Below the pieces are notes generated by a model. That model ran no database searches. It saw only the letters and a program-made list of their open reading frames with translations, and had not been told where the DNA came from. This document shows, in pieces, positions 45,389-55,699 of a DNA stretch of 64,000 nucleotides. The position numbers and the translations under genes are program-made. Each line of letters begins with the position of its first letter. Within the stretch, counting starts at the first letter, position 1. This DNA comes from Dehalococcoidia bacterium (GTDB lineage: Bacteria > Chloroflexota > Dehalococcoidia > Bin125). Location of the stretch: the NCBI GenBank assembly GCA_965205165.1, contig OZ242037.1, positions 1,637,520 to 1,701,519 on the forward strand, written 5' to 3'.

Positions 45389-45470
45389 AGCGCCCCTCTC
45401 CCGTCCAGCTCCGCACTAGCCTGAGCCCGCGCGGGCGCGGTTGCCGCGTCCGCGGGAGGGCGGTGCGCGC

Positions 45471-45905
45471 GTGGCCTACACCGAATACCGCCGCGCCGTG
45501 CGCTGCGAGCGTCGCTCGCGGCTGGGCCCGCTCGGCCGCTGCCGGCGGCCGCTGCTGGGCCAGTGCCAGTACTGCGCGCAGGGCTTCTGCGACGCGCACG
45601 GCAACCGGCTCGACGACGGCCAGGAAATCTGCACCGGCAAGCGCTGCGAGCAGAAGCGGCTCGACGTCGCCGCGCACCTCGTCTTCAAGGCCGAAGCCGC
45701 CGAGCGCAACGCCGCCGGCGCCTGCGGCCTGCCGGACTGCGCGGCCGCGCCGTCCGTCGACTGCGACCGCTGCGGCCTCAAGTTCTGCGCGCCCCACGCC
45801 TCGCAGGTGATGACCTCGGTGATGCGCGGCGCGGAGCGCGAGGCGGAAGTGCTGACGCTCTGCTGCCACTGCCGCGATCGGCTGACGCTCTGGCAGGACG
45901 ACTAG
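45471..45905 (+). CDS. Cys/His-rich multi-zinc-finger protein
   Basis: CQYC..FCDAH, CDRC..FCAPH, CCHC; GGAGG upstream of GTG. Confidence 0.7.
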   Translation: MAYTEYRRAVRCERRSRLGPLGRCRRPLLGQCQYCAQGFCDAHGNRLDDGQEICTGKRCEQKRLDVAAHLVFKAEAAERNAAGACGLPDCAAAPSVDCDRCGLKFCAPHASQVMTSVMRGAEREAEVLTLCCHCRDRLTLWQDD

Positions 45906-46393
45906 GCCGGCCGCGCCCGCCAAGCCTCGAATATCTCGGAATCATGCGGGAACGCCGGCGTCGGGCGCTCGTCCGGCGCGAACCAGCGCGCCTCCCGCGC
46001 CTCCGGGCCGGGCGCGAGCGCGCCGCCGATCGGCCTCGCCGCGTAGGCCGCGACCACCACCGCATCGCCGGCGCGCGACCAGACGCCGAGCAGGCGGCCG
46101 ACCTCGATCTCGATGCCGGTCTCCTCGCGCACCTCGCGCGCGGCCGCGGCTTCGACCGTCTCGCCGGCGTCGACGAAGCCGCTCGGCCAGGCCCACTCGC
46201 CCATCGCCGGCTCGTGATCACGCAGCACGTAGAGCAGGCGGCCGGCGGCGTCGGCGACGAGCGCGACGGCGGCGAGCTTGGGGTCGCGGTAGTGGACGAA
46301 ACCGCAGGACGCGCAGCGCGGCCGCCCCTCGGCGTCGCGCTCGGAGACGGCCGCGCCGCACTGCGGGCAGAAGCGCGGCTCGACCTGCGGCAC
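45902..46393 (-). CDS. NUDIX hydrolase with N-terminal zinc ribbon
   Basis: FCPQCG...CASCG and GETVEAAAAREVREETG Nudix box. Confidence 0.92.
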   Translation of the reverse strand: MPQVEPRFCPQCGAAVSERDAEGRPRCASCGFVHYRDPKLAAVALVADAAGRLLYVLRDHEPAMGEWAWPSGFVDAGETVEAAAAREVREETGIEIEVGRLLGVWSRAGDAVVVAAYAARPIGGALAPGPEAREARWFAPDERPTPAFPHDSEIFEAWRARPA

Positions 46394-46448
46394 GGGTCAG
46401 CCTTGTGCCGAGGGGTGCGTCGCCCGCAGGATCACCGATCCGTCCACC

Positions 46449-47198
46449 TCAAAAGGGCAGCGTCACCCGCTCGAAGCGCTCGTAGTAGCGGCCGTCGGGC
46501 GACTTCCAGCGCTCGCGCACGGTCTGCAGGAACTCCTCGCCGCGGTCGCCGAACTGCGAGACGTGCCGAGTCAGCGCCTGGATCTTCACCTCCAGCACCT
46601 CGCTCACATCGACCGAGAAGTTCGCGTCGGGCGAGCCCCAGATGAACATCTCCGAGACGTTGTGCGTCTCCAGGCCTTCTTCGAGATGCTCGGGGAAGTT
46701 GAGCCGGTCGCGCGCGGTCGGGTAGACGGAATCGATCGCCATCGTGCCGGTCAGGCGGTGGTCGCGGTGGTTGACGAAGCCGCGGAACTCGTGCAGCGGG
46801 TCATCGGGGTCGGGTTCGAGCACGCGGCGCTGGACGATGCCCGGGCTGTGGGTGAAGATCGCGTAGGGCTTCAAGCGCCGGATCGTCTTCACGATCCCGC
46901 CGAGCATCTCGCGGGTGTATTCGAGCTCGCCGTCCTCGCCGCCGAGGAAGGTGCAGCTGCGCACGCCCAGCTCGGAGGCGGCGTCGCGCTGCTCCTGCTC
47001 GCGCATCGGCACCAGGCGCTCGGAGGTCATCTCCGGGTCGGACGAGCCCTTGGCCCCGTTGGTGACGACCAGGTAGTGCATCTCCCAGCCGAGGCGGGTC
47101 CACAGCGCGGCGGTGCCGCCTGCGCCGAAATCCGGATCGTCCGGATGCGCCGCGATCACCAGCCCGATCCGGTTTTCCGTCTGCGGCGGTTCGCTCAT
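46449..47198 (-). CDS. PIG-L family deacetylase
   Basis: AHPDD and HRDH motifs. Confidence 0.92.
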   Translation of the reverse strand: MSEPPQTENRIGLVIAAHPDDPDFGAGGTAALWTRLGWEMHYLVVTNGAKGSSDPEMTSERLVPMREQEQRDAASELGVRSCTFLGGEDGELEYTREMLGGIVKTIRRLKPYAIFTHSPGIVQRRVLEPDPDDPLHEFRGFVNHRDHRLTGTMAIDSVYPTARDRLNFPEHLEEGLETHNVSEMFIWGSPDANFSVDVSEVLEVKIQALTRHVSQFGDRGEEFLQTVRERWKSPDGRYYERFERVTLPF

Positions 47199-47342
47199 CG
47201 CTGCTCCCTCTCTCCTCCCGCGGCGTCCGGCCGGGGCGCGGCGGCTGTCCGGCTACAGCGTATTCGCCATCGCCGCATCGTTCGCGCCGCCCGGCCGAGC
47301 GCCCGTTTCCGCGTCCGCCGACGGCGGGAAATTCCGCTCGAT

Positions 47343-47396
47343 TTGACACAAGCGCGATTCATCCTGCAATATGAGGGTGCATCGTACAAGTGTTTC
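47343..47396 (+). promoter_or_regulatory. lexA promoter (-35 TTGACA) and SOS-box-like site
   Basis: TTGACA at 47343. CGTAC-aagt-GTTTC at 47383-47396 resembles the GAAC-N4-GTTC Gram-positive/Chloroflexi LexA box. Confidence 0.6.
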
Positions 47397-47447
47397 GCGC
47401 AGGCGTCCGACAGCGCGGAGCGCGGGAATCCGGGAACGAGGGCGATC

Positions 47448-48170
47448 ATGGCGAAGACCGCTGGCGGCACGGGCAACGACACGGGACAGGACGGAGCGGA
47501 ACCGAAGCGGCGCAAGCGCGGGCCGCGCTCGGAGAAGCCGCAGAAGATCATGGACTGGCTGGGCGACTGGTTCAGCCGGCATGAGTACCCGCCCGCGATC
47601 CGCGACATCGTGGACGGCTGCGGCCTCTCCTCGACCTCGGTCGCCGACTACAACCTCAAGATCCTCGAGCGCGAGGGCAAGATCAAGCGCGACCCCACCC
47701 GCGCCCGCACGATCACGCTGGTCGGCCTCGAGCCCAAGCCGGCGCCCGCGCCCGAGGCCCCGCGCTTCGGCGTGCCGCTGATGGGCGCGATCGCCGCCGG
47801 CACCACCTCGCTCGCGCCCGACGCGGCCGACGCGAAGAACGCCGAGCAGATCCAGGTCACCGCCGACATGCTGGCCGGCCGCGACCCCGACGACGTCTTC
47901 GCCGTCACCGTGCGCGGCGACTCGATGAAGGACGCGCTGATCGCCGACGGCGACACCGTGATCCTCGAGCACGACGCGGACATCTCCAACCGCGACCTCG
48001 TCGCCGTCTACATGCGCGACGAGGAGATCATGACGCTCAAGCGCCTCTTCCGCGAGGACGGACATGTCCGTCTCCAGCCGGAAAACCAGGCGCTGGAGCC
48101 GATCTACACGACCGAGGACAACATCGACATCCAAGGCCGCGTCGTCTCCGTCCTGCGCCACCCCAACTGA
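47448..48170 (+). CDS. lexA: SOS transcriptional repressor LexA
   Basis: YPPAIRDI...LSSTSVA wHTH, IAAG cleavage site, VRGDSM serine and TLKR lysine. Confidence 0.95.
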   Translation: MAKTAGGTGNDTGQDGAEPKRRKRGPRSEKPQKIMDWLGDWFSRHEYPPAIRDIVDGCGLSSTSVADYNLKILEREGKIKRDPTRARTITLVGLEPKPAPAPEAPRFGVPLMGAIAAGTTSLAPDAADAKNAEQIQVTADMLAGRDPDDVFAVTVRGDSMKDALIADGDTVILEHDADISNRDLVAVYMRDEEIMTLKRLFREDGHVRLQPENQALEPIYTTEDNIDIQGRVVSVLRHPN

Positions 48171-48218
48171 CGGGCAACTTCCTGACGGGCGCTCGCCGCT
48201 CCGCATAATCTGAGGCGG

Positions 48219-49226
48219 ATGTCCGCCTCCGACGATGCGCCGGTGCTCTCCGTCCGCGAACTGAGCGTCGAGTACCGCACCAAGGAGGGCACAATCCCGG
48301 CCCTCCGCAATGCGTCGCTCGAGCTGCGCCGCGGCGAGACGCTGGTGCTGGTCGGGGAGAGCGGTTCCGGTAAGTCGACGCTCGGACTCGGCATCCTCCG
48401 CATCCTGCCCCGCAACGCCGCCGTCACCGCCGGCGGGGTCGTCTTCGACGGCCGCGAGATCGGCGGGCTCGCGCCGTCCGATCTGCGCGAAATCCGCGGC
48501 GACGAGATCTCGATGATCTTCCAGGACCCGATCGCCGGGCTCAATCCGATCATCCCCGTCGGCAAGCAGGTCGAGGAAGTGATCACCAGCCACCGCGAGG
48601 TCGATGCGAAGGAGGCCCGCGCGGCCGCGCTCGACGTGCTCGCATCGATGCGACTGCCCGATCCCGGGCGGATCGCCAAGTCCTACCCCGGCCAGCTCTC
48701 CGGCGGCATGTGCCAGCGGATCATGATCGCCATCGCCACCGCGCTCGATCCGGCCGTGCTGATCGCCGACGAGCCCACCGCCTCGCTGGACGTGACCGTG
48801 CAGGCCCAGATCCTCCACGAGCTGGAGCGGATGCGCGACGAGCGCGGCACCGCGATCCTGCTGATCACGCACGACATGGGCGTGGTCGCGCAGACCGCCG
48901 ACCGGGTGGCCGTGATCTACGCCGGCGCCGTGGCGGAGATCGACGACGCGCGCTCCGTCTTCAGCTCGCCGCGGCACCCCTACACGTGGGCGCTGCTCGA
49001 CGCGCTGCCGCGCTTCGATCGCCGCCGCCGGCTCGCGCAGATCCCCGGCACGCCGCCCGATCTGCTCGATCTGGACGGCCACTGCCCTTACATCCCGCGC
49101 TGCCGCAAGGCGCTCAACGAGTGCCGGCAGTCGCCCGAACCGCCGCTGCTCCCGCTGGCCGACGGCCGGCCCGGCCACCTGCTCGCCTGCTACAACCCCG
49201 TCCTGCCCGACTCGGGCCCCGCCTGA
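48219..49226 (+). CDS. oligopeptide/dipeptide ABC transporter ATP-binding protein (OppD/DppD-like)
   Basis: GESGSGKS, LSGGMCQR, IADEPT, HPYT. Confidence 0.93.
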   Translation: MSASDDAPVLSVRELSVEYRTKEGTIPALRNASLELRRGETLVLVGESGSGKSTLGLGILRILPRNAAVTAGGVVFDGREIGGLAPSDLREIRGDEISMIFQDPIAGLNPIIPVGKQVEEVITSHREVDAKEARAAALDVLASMRLPDPGRIAKSYPGQLSGGMCQRIMIAIATALDPAVLIADEPTASLDVTVQAQILHELERMRDERGTAILLITHDMGVVAQTADRVAVIYAGAVAEIDDARSVFSSPRHPYTWALLDALPRFDRRRRLAQIPGTPPDLLDLDGHCPYIPRCRKALNECRQSPEPPLLPLADGRPGHLLACYNPVLPDSGPA

Positions 49227-49248
49227 TTGCGGCCCCGTCCGATCCGGC

Positions 49249-50244
49249 TCAGCGGGCCCCGGCCAGCTCCGCCACGAGCAGCTCCACCGCGAGATCCTCC
49301 GGCAGCCCGCCGTCGTCGCGGCGGTAGTCCTGGATCGCCGCGTCCGCCGCGAGCATCATCTCCAGCGCCCGCTCCGCCTCGCCGGCGCGGTAGCGCCGCG
49401 CCTGCCGCTGCAGCCGCTCCGCCTGCCACGAGGTGCGCAGCGAGGCCGCCTCCTGGATCTGGCGCGGCCCGCCGCCCCCGTCCAGCACCTCGCGCGCGAT
49501 CACGATCAGGCGGAACTGCCGCGCCAGCATGTGCAGGATGCGCGGGTCCGCCTCGCCCGCCGCGCGGACGGCGTTGAGCGAGCCCATCGCGTCGGCCATG
49601 CGCCCCTCCGTGACCGCGTCGACCAAGTTGAAGATCGTCGCCTCGTGCGACGGATTGGTCATCTGCTCGGCCACGGCCTGGTCGACGGTCGCATCGCCGG
49701 CGTAGAGCGAGAGCTTCTCCAGCGTGCCGGCGAGCGCGCCGCGGTCGCCGTTGGAGCGCTCGACCAGCGCGTTGGCCGCGCCCTGGGTGAGCCGGACGCC
49801 GCGCTTGCGCGTTTCCGCCCGCAGCCAGTCCAGCGCCTCTTCGCGCCGCAGCCGCTTGAACTCGCGCACCTCGCCGGCCGCGGCGATCGCCTGCCGGATC
49901 GGATTGCGCGCCGCCGCCGCCTCGTCGACGAACACCAGCTGCGTGGTCGGCGGCAGCGCCGCCAGCAGGTCCGCCAGCCCGTCCCATTCGCCCAGCCCGC
50001 GCTGCCGCCGACCGGAGCCGAACTCGAAGCGCCCGCACAGCCCGTCCACGCGCACGAAGCGCCAATCGCCCAGGAACGGAGCCGCGGCCGCAGCCGCCCC
50101 CAGCTCGCCGATGGACAGGCGCGCCGCCTCGAATGCCGCCGAGTTGTCGGCCAGCGAGCCGTCCGCGTCGATGGAAGCGCGGAGCTCCGCCAGCGCCTCC
50201 ATCCGCGCGTAGCGATCCTCCCCGCACAACAGCACGACCGGCAT
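49249..50244 (-). CDS. holA: DNA polymerase III delta subunit
   Basis: VLLCGED, APFLGDWR, LEKLSLYAG, TIFNLVDA; directly downstream of dnaN. Confidence 0.88.
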   Translation of the reverse strand: MPVVLLCGEDRYARMEALAELRASIDADGSLADNSAAFEAARLSIGELGAAAAAAPFLGDWRFVRVDGLCGRFEFGSGRRQRGLGEWDGLADLLAALPPTTQLVFVDEAAAARNPIRQAIAAAGEVREFKRLRREEALDWLRAETRKRGVRLTQGAANALVERSNGDRGALAGTLEKLSLYAGDATVDQAVAEQMTNPSHEATIFNLVDAVTEGRMADAMGSLNAVRAAGEADPRILHMLARQFRLIVIAREVLDGGGGPRQIQEAASLRTSWQAERLQRQARRYRAGEAERALEMMLAADAAIQDYRRDDGGLPEDLAVELLVAELAGAR

Positions 50245-50326
50245 CAGCCACCGCCCGCCGCGGCCGATCCGGCTGCCGCGCGCGGCCGCCCGGCCGAACC
50301 CGCCCGCGCGCCGATCCGGCCGCCGC

Positions 50327-51481
50327 CTAGTTGTCCTCCCACTGGACGAACATCGGCATCAGGACGTGGACGTACTTGTCGCGGCCGACGATCTTGAAGA
50401 CGCCGGGGTTGGAGGGGCCGCTGGTCTCCATCGCCACCTCCGAGGCCTCCGAGCCGCCGCGGGCGACGCCGATGATGTCCTCCAAGTAGCGCACGTTGTA
50501 GGCGATCCGCGAATCGTCGCCCTCGACCGCGGCGTTGACGCTGCGCTTGTGGTTGCCGAGTTCTTCGGCCCGCGCGGTGAGGCGGATGTGCGCGCCCTCT
50601 TCGCCCGTGCCGTCGATGTGCAGCCGCACGATGCCGGAGCTCTCGCGCGCGAACACGGCCGCGCTGCGCACCGCGCGCTGCAGCTGGTCGCTCGGCAGCA
50701 CCACGCGGGTCTGGTATTCGCTCGGGATCAGCTGGTCGTAGGTCGGGTAGTTGCCCTGGATCAGCTGCGCCGTCAGCCGCGCCCGGGTGAGGTGGAACCG
50801 CGCGTAGGAGCGGTCGCGGTGCAGGTACAGCTCGATCGTCCCCTCCTCGTCCCCCAGCAGCCGTTCGAGCTCGCGCAGCGCCCGCGCCGGCACCGTGATC
50901 TCCAGCTCTTCCTCGACGTCGGACAGCACTTCCATCGAGTAGACCGCGAGCCGGAAGCCGTCGGCCGCGGCCAGCGTCATCTCGTCGCCGCGGAAGCGGA
51001 AGTGGACGCCGGTCAGCACCGGCCGGCCGTCGTCGCTGGCGGCCGCGAAGACCACATGGCGCAGCGCCTCGCGCAGGTCCGCGGCCACGATCTTCATCAC
51101 GTCCCCGTCGCCCGCGCCGGGGATCGGCGGGTAGACGTCCGCGCTCATCCCGTGGATCGAACTCTCGTTGGCCTCGCCCGCCTTGACCTGCGCGACCAGC
51201 GAATCGGCGGCCACCGAGATTTCGATCTCGCCGCCGTCCAGCGAGCTGATCAGGTCGCTGATGAAGCGGTGCGGCACCGTGATCGAGCCGGCCTCCGCGA
51301 CCGACGCCTCCACGTCGACGATCAGCGCGATCTCCGTGTCCGTGGCCGTGAGCCGCACGCCGTCGTCGCCGGCTTCGATGTGCACGTGCCGCAGCTGGTC
51401 CAGGCTGTGCCGCGCCGCGACGGCCCGGCTGACGAGACTCAGCCCGCGGTCCAGCGCGGTTTGCGCCGCTTGAATCCGCAT
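50327..51481 (-). CDS. dnaN: DNA polymerase III beta sliding clamp
   Basis: LTATDTE, RPVLTGV, AADGFRLA, GNYPTYDQLIP, VLMPM. Confidence 0.96.
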   Translation of the reverse strand: MRIQAAQTALDRGLSLVSRAVAARHSLDQLRHVHIEAGDDGVRLTATDTEIALIVDVEASVAEAGSITVPHRFISDLISSLDGGEIEISVAADSLVAQVKAGEANESSIHGMSADVYPPIPGAGDGDVMKIVAADLREALRHVVFAAASDDGRPVLTGVHFRFRGDEMTLAAADGFRLAVYSMEVLSDVEEELEITVPARALRELERLLGDEEGTIELYLHRDRSYARFHLTRARLTAQLIQGNYPTYDQLIPSEYQTRVVLPSDQLQRAVRSAAVFARESSGIVRLHIDGTGEEGAHIRLTARAEELGNHKRSVNAAVEGDDSRIAYNVRYLEDIIGVARGGSEASEVAMETSGPSNPGVFKIVGRDKYVHVLMPMFVQWEDN

Positions 51482-51589
51482 CGTTCACCCTCCTCCGCGG
51501 GTGTTGCTCTCCCGCAACTGATCACTTGCCTTATCAGTTCATATAGCGTAGTGCCATACGCGAAGACGCACCGACGCCGTCGTGAATCC

Positions 51590-51598
51590 TGTGGATAA
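51590..51598 (-). promoter_or_regulatory. perfect DnaA box upstream of dnaN
   Basis: TGTGGATAA on +, i.e. TTATCCACA on -. Confidence 0.7.
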
Positions 51599-51609
51599 CT
51601 CGCGGTGCC

Positions 51610-52416
51610 CTAAACGCGCTTCGGCAGCACCTCGAGCAGCCCGCGCAGGTCGGGGAACACCCAGGTCGCCTGGTGCCGCAGGTGCCGTTCCCGCCGCGCG
51701 TCCTCGTAGCGCTTCACCCAGTACACCGGCATTCCGAAATGGTTGGCCCCGGTCACGTCGGCCATCGGTGAATCGCCCACGTAGAGCACCTGCTCCGGCG
51801 GCAGCCCCAGCTCCTCGCAGAGCTGCGCGAAGAACGGGCTCCGCGGCTTGTACGACCGCGCCCGCTCGGACGAGAGCACCAGCTCGACCTCGATCCCCGC
51901 CGCGGCCAGGGCCGGATCGAGGTGCCCGTCGTCCGCGTTCGAGCCGATCGCGGTGCGGTAGCCGTTGGCCCTCAGGCCGTCCAGCACCTCCAGCGCCTCC
52001 GGGTACGCGGGCGAGCGCGACATCTCGTCCCAGAGGTGCTCGAACGCCTCCTGCGCGGGAATCCCGTCGACGCCGGTTTCGGCGAACGCCGCGGCGAAGT
52101 AGGACGGCCAGCGCTCCGCGAACGAACGGAACGCCGGCTCCGGCCCGCCCAGCGGATCGTCGGAGTCGTGCCCGTCCTCCCGCGCCATCCGCCGCGAGGC
52201 CGCCAGCCAGGCCTCCCAGACCCGCTCGCCGGGCGTGTCGCGCACGCCGCAGCCGAGCAGCATCGCGTGGATCAGCGCCGCGAACTGCCGCTCCTCCAGC
52301 GCCAGCAGCGTCCCGTAGCAGTCGAACGCGACCGCCCGCACCTGCCCGCGCGCCGCGGCCGCCGGCACCGCTGGCGGCATCAGCCCGTGCGGCTCCGCGC
52401 CGTCCGTCTCGCTCAT
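51610..52416 (-). CDS. HAD family hydrolase
   Basis: [24 protein letters not shown]; ATG overlaps the hemB stop. Confidence 0.9.
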   Translation of the reverse strand: MSETDGAEPHGLMPPAVPAAAARGQVRAVAFDCYGTLLALEERQFAALIHAMLLGCGVRDTPGERVWEAWLAASRRMAREDGHDSDDPLGGPEPAFRSFAERWPSYFAAAFAETGVDGIPAQEAFEHLWDEMSRSPAYPEALEVLDGLRANGYRTAIGSNADDGHLDPALAAAGIEVELVLSSERARSYKPRSPFFAQLCEELGLPPEQVLYVGDSPMADVTGANHFGMPVYWVKRYEDARRERHLRHQATWVFPDLRGLLEVLPKRV

Positions 52417-53417
52417 GCGCCGCCCCTCGCCAGCCACCTCGCCGCGTCCTTGGCGAAGTAGGTCAGGATCATGTCCGCCCCGGCCCGCCGGATCGCGAGC
52501 AGCGATTCCATCGCCGCCCGCCGCTCGTCCAGCCAGCCGTTCGCGGCCGCCGCCTTGATCATCGCGTATTCGCCGCTTACCTGGTACGCCGCCAGCGGCG
52601 CGTCGAACCGCGCCCGCGCCCGCGCCACCAGATCCAGGTACGGCAGCGCCGGCTTGATCATCGCGATGTCCGCGCCCTCGGCCAAGTCGCGCTCGATCGC
52701 CCGCATCGCCTCGCGCCCGTTGGCCGGGTCCATCTGGTACCCGCGCCGGTCGCCGAAGGCCGGAGCCGAATCGGCCGCCTCGCGGAACGGCCCGTAGAAG
52801 ACCGATGCGAACTTGGCCGCGTAGGACATCAGCGCCCGCTCGGCGAAGCCCGCGCCGTCCAGCGCCGCCCGGATCGCGCCCACCCGCCCGTCCATCATGT
52901 CGCTCGGCGCGATGATGTCCGCCCCCGCCGCCGCCTGGCTCGCCGCCGTCTGCGCCAGCAGCTCCACCGTCGCGTCGTTGATCACGCCGCCCGCGTCGTC
53001 CAGCACGCCGCAGTGCCCGTGATCCGTGTACTCGCAGAGGCAGACATCCGTGACGACGACCAAGTCCGGCTGCGCGTCCTTGAGCGCCCGCACCGCACGC
53101 TGCACGATCCCGTCCGCATCCCAGGCCTCCGAGCCGCGCGCGTCCTTCGACGCCGGCAGCCCGAACAGCAGGATCGCGGGGATGTCGAGCGAGACCAGGT
53201 CCTCCGCCTCCCGCGCCAGCTGGTCCACGGACAGGCGGAACTGCCCCGGCATCGGCGCGATCGGCTCGCGCACGCCGCGCCCGTGCGTCACGAACACGGG
53301 ATGGATGAAATCCGCCGGCGACAGCCGCGTCTCCCGCGCCATCCCGCGCAGCCCCGCCGAAGCCCGCAGCCGCCGCAGCCGCGCCCGCGGCTCCGCCCGA
53401 AGTCCCGTCTCGATCAT
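52413..53417 (-). CDS. hemB: porphobilinogen synthase
   Basis: [40 protein letters not shown]. Confidence 0.97.
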   Translation of the reverse strand: MIETGLRAEPRARLRRLRASAGLRGMARETRLSPADFIHPVFVTHGRGVREPIAPMPGQFRLSVDQLAREAEDLVSLDIPAILLFGLPASKDARGSEAWDADGIVQRAVRALKDAQPDLVVVTDVCLCEYTDHGHCGVLDDAGGVINDATVELLAQTAASQAAAGADIIAPSDMMDGRVGAIRAALDGAGFAERALMSYAAKFASVFYGPFREAADSAPAFGDRRGYQMDPANGREAMRAIERDLAEGADIAMIKPALPYLDLVARARARFDAPLAAYQVSGEYAMIKAAAANGWLDERRAAMESLLAIRRAGADMILTYFAKDAARWLARGGA

Positions 53418-53490
53418 CCGCCCGCTCCATCCAGCGCCCGATGCGCCCGTCCCCCCCAATGGTACGAACCCGCGGGCGCTCAGGCGCCGA

Positions 53491-54063
53491 TCAGGTAACG
53501 GTCAGCGGCTCCCCCGCCCCGCAGTGCGGGCAATCCCCCGCGTCGTAGCTGGGAATCTCCAGCGTCAAGCAAGCATGGAAGGGAAGACCGTCGAACCCAG
53601 TCACGCCACCGGTGCGGTCGACCAGCACGGCGACGGCGATCGGCCGCGCCCCGGCGCTGCGGACGGCGTCCAGCGTGTCGCGCAGCGAACCGCCGGTGGT
53701 GAGCACGTCGTCGACCACCAGCACGGGCTGGCCGGGCTCGAATGTGAAGCCGCGCTTGAACTCGCGCCCGCCCGCTTCGGCGGACTCGGCGAAGAACGCC
53801 TTGGGCCCGTCCAGCTGGCGGGCGGTCTCGCAGGCGAGGATGATCCCGCCCGTCGTCGGCCCGGCCACGACTTCGGGCGCTTCCGGCAGCCCGCGCGCGA
53901 AGCCCGCGATCTGCGCGCAGAGCTCGACCGTGACCTGCGGCTGCTCGAGCAGCCGGAATTTCTCGGCGTAGTGCCCGCCGTGCCGGCCGGAGGCGTACTG
54001 GAAGTGCCCTTCGAGCACGGCGCCGTAGGACTTGAGCAGTTCGAGATCGGATCGGGCGGGCAT
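53491..54063 (-). CDS. pyrE: orotate phosphoribosyltransferase
   Basis: [10 protein letters not shown] and [11 protein letters not shown]. Confidence 0.92.
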   Translation of the reverse strand: MPARSDLELLKSYGAVLEGHFQYASGRHGGHYAEKFRLLEQPQVTVELCAQIAGFARGLPEAPEVVAGPTTGGIILACETARQLDGPKAFFAESAEAGGREFKRGFTFEPGQPVLVVDDVLTTGGSLRDTLDAVRSAGARPIAVAVLVDRTGGVTGFDGLPFHACLTLEIPSYDAGDCPHCGAGEPLTVT

Positions 54064-54079
54064 CTTTCGCGGGTTCCCT

Positions 54080-54697
54080 TCAGTCGGGGATCGGCTCGCC
54101 GCCGGCGGTGCGGACGGGCAGGCTGATCTCGTCGCTGATCTTGCCGAAGGGGAACCAGCGGAAGAGCACCTCGCCAACGATCCGCTCGCGGTGGATCGGC
54201 CCGAAGACGTGCGAATCCTGGCTGCTGTTGCGGTTGTCGCCCAGCACGAAATAGTGGTCCGGCGGGATCGTCGCCGGGCCCCAGCGGTACTCCGGCGGCG
54301 CGCTGACGTAGTCGTGCTCGATCAGCTCCGCCCCGTTGACCAGCACCCGCCCGCCCGCGATCTCGACCGTGTCGCCCGGCAGCCCGATCACCCGCTTGAC
54401 GAAATCGTTCTCCGACTCGTAGGGCGGGCGGAAGATGACCACCGTGCCCCGCTCCGGCCCGTCGCCCAGGATGTCGCCGTTCGAGCGCCCCGGAATCAGC
54501 GCGTCGAACGGGCCCAGGTCGATGTCCCAATACGCGAATTTGTTGACCAGCACCAGCTCGGAGGTCGCCAGCGTGGGCTCCATCGAGCGCCCCTCGACCT
54601 GGAAATTCTGCACCGCCTCGCGCGCCAGCAGGAACACGACCAGCCCCAGGATGGCCGTTTCGATGATCTCGCGGAGGGGCCCCGTGTGGATCGTCAT
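54080..54697 (-). CDS. lepB: signal peptidase I
   Basis: SMEPTL, FVKRVIGLPGD, GDNRNSSQDS. Confidence 0.95.
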   Translation of the reverse strand: MTIHTGPLREIIETAILGLVVFLLAREAVQNFQVEGRSMEPTLATSELVLVNKFAYWDIDLGPFDALIPGRSNGDILGDGPERGTVVIFRPPYESENDFVKRVIGLPGDTVEIAGGRVLVNGAELIEHDYVSAPPEYRWGPATIPPDHYFVLGDNRNSSQDSHVFGPIHRERIVGEVLFRWFPFGKISDEISLPVRTAGGEPIPD

Positions 54698-54745
54698 GCG
54701 CGCTCCCTACTATTGCAGCATCGACGGGTTCAGCGGGAGCGGGCC

Positions 54746-55699
54746 ATGACCACGGCAGCAGCGGAGACGAGCGTGCGGGCGGCGGTGCGCCGCATCTGCG
54801 GAGGGCCGATCATCGCGCCCGACATGGACCGGCGGATGGGCGCCAACATCAACGGCCCCTCGCTGGTCCGCGCCCCCTCTTGGCTGCCCGCCCCGCTCGG
54901 CCGCTACTACCTCTACTTCGCCGACCACAAGGGCACCTACATCCGCCTCGCCGCGGCCGACGAGCTCTGCGGCCCCTGGCGGATGCACGAGCCCGGCGCG
55001 CTCGACGTCGCCCAGTCGCACTTCCCGGCCACGTTCGCCGAGGTGCCCGCGCACCGCTACCCGCACGTCGCCTCGCCCGACGTCCACGTCGACGAAGCCG
55101 CCCGCCAAGTGCGGATGTACTACCACGGCCAGATGCCCGACGGCCCGCAGGTGACCCGCGTCGCCGTCTCCGAAGACGGCCTGCACTTCAAGGCCCGCGA
55201 GGAGATCTTGGCCAACCCCTACCTGCGGATGCTGCCGCCCGCCGCGACCGAACTGGACGCCTGGTACGGAATGGCGATGCCCGGCGTGCTCTACCGCTCC
55301 GAGGACGGCCTCTCCGCCTTCGAGCGCGGCCCCCAGCTGTTCGCCGACGACACGCGGCACTGCGCCCTGCTCGCGCGCGGCGGCACGCTCTGGGTGATCT
55401 GGACCCGCGTCGGCGACGCGCCCGAACGCCTGCTGCTCACCCCGATCCCGATGGACGGCGATTGGCGCGGCTGGCAGGCCGGCGAAGAGCGCGAGCTGCT
55501 CCGCCCCGAAGAGCCGTGGGAGGGCGCCGGCCTGCCGCTCGAACCGTCCGAGCGCGGCTTCATCCCCGTCGCCGTGAACCAGCTGCGCGATCCCGGCGTG
55601 TTCGAGGAGGACGGGCGGATCCACCTGCTCTACTCGGTCGAGGGCGAGCGCGGCCTCGCCATCGCCGAGCTCGATCCGGAAGCGCTGGGGCTGAGTTGA
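54746..55699 (+). CDS. five-bladed beta-propeller glycoside hydrolase-like protein
   Basis: NINGPSL, YYLYFADHKG, HVASPDV, QLRDP. Confidence 0.7.
   Translation: MTTAAAETSVRAAVRRICGGPIIAPDMDRRMGANINGPSLVRAPSWLPAPLGRYYLYFADHKGTYIRLAAADELCGPWRMHEPGALDVAQSHFPATFAEVPAHRYPHVASPDVHVDEAARQVRMYYHGQMPDGPQVTRVAVSEDGLHFKAREEILANPYLRMLPPAATELDAWYGMAMPGVLYRSEDGLSAFERGPQLFADDTRHCALLARGGTLWVIWTRVGDAPERLLLTPIPMDGDWRGWQAGEERELLRPEEPWEGAGLPLEPSERGFIPVAVNQLRDPGVFEEDGRIHLLYSVEGERGLAIAELDPEALGLS

Noticed and set aside
51482-51609. Chromosomal oriC
   Set aside because: Only one perfect DnaA box, no clear unwinding element and no adjacent dnaA.
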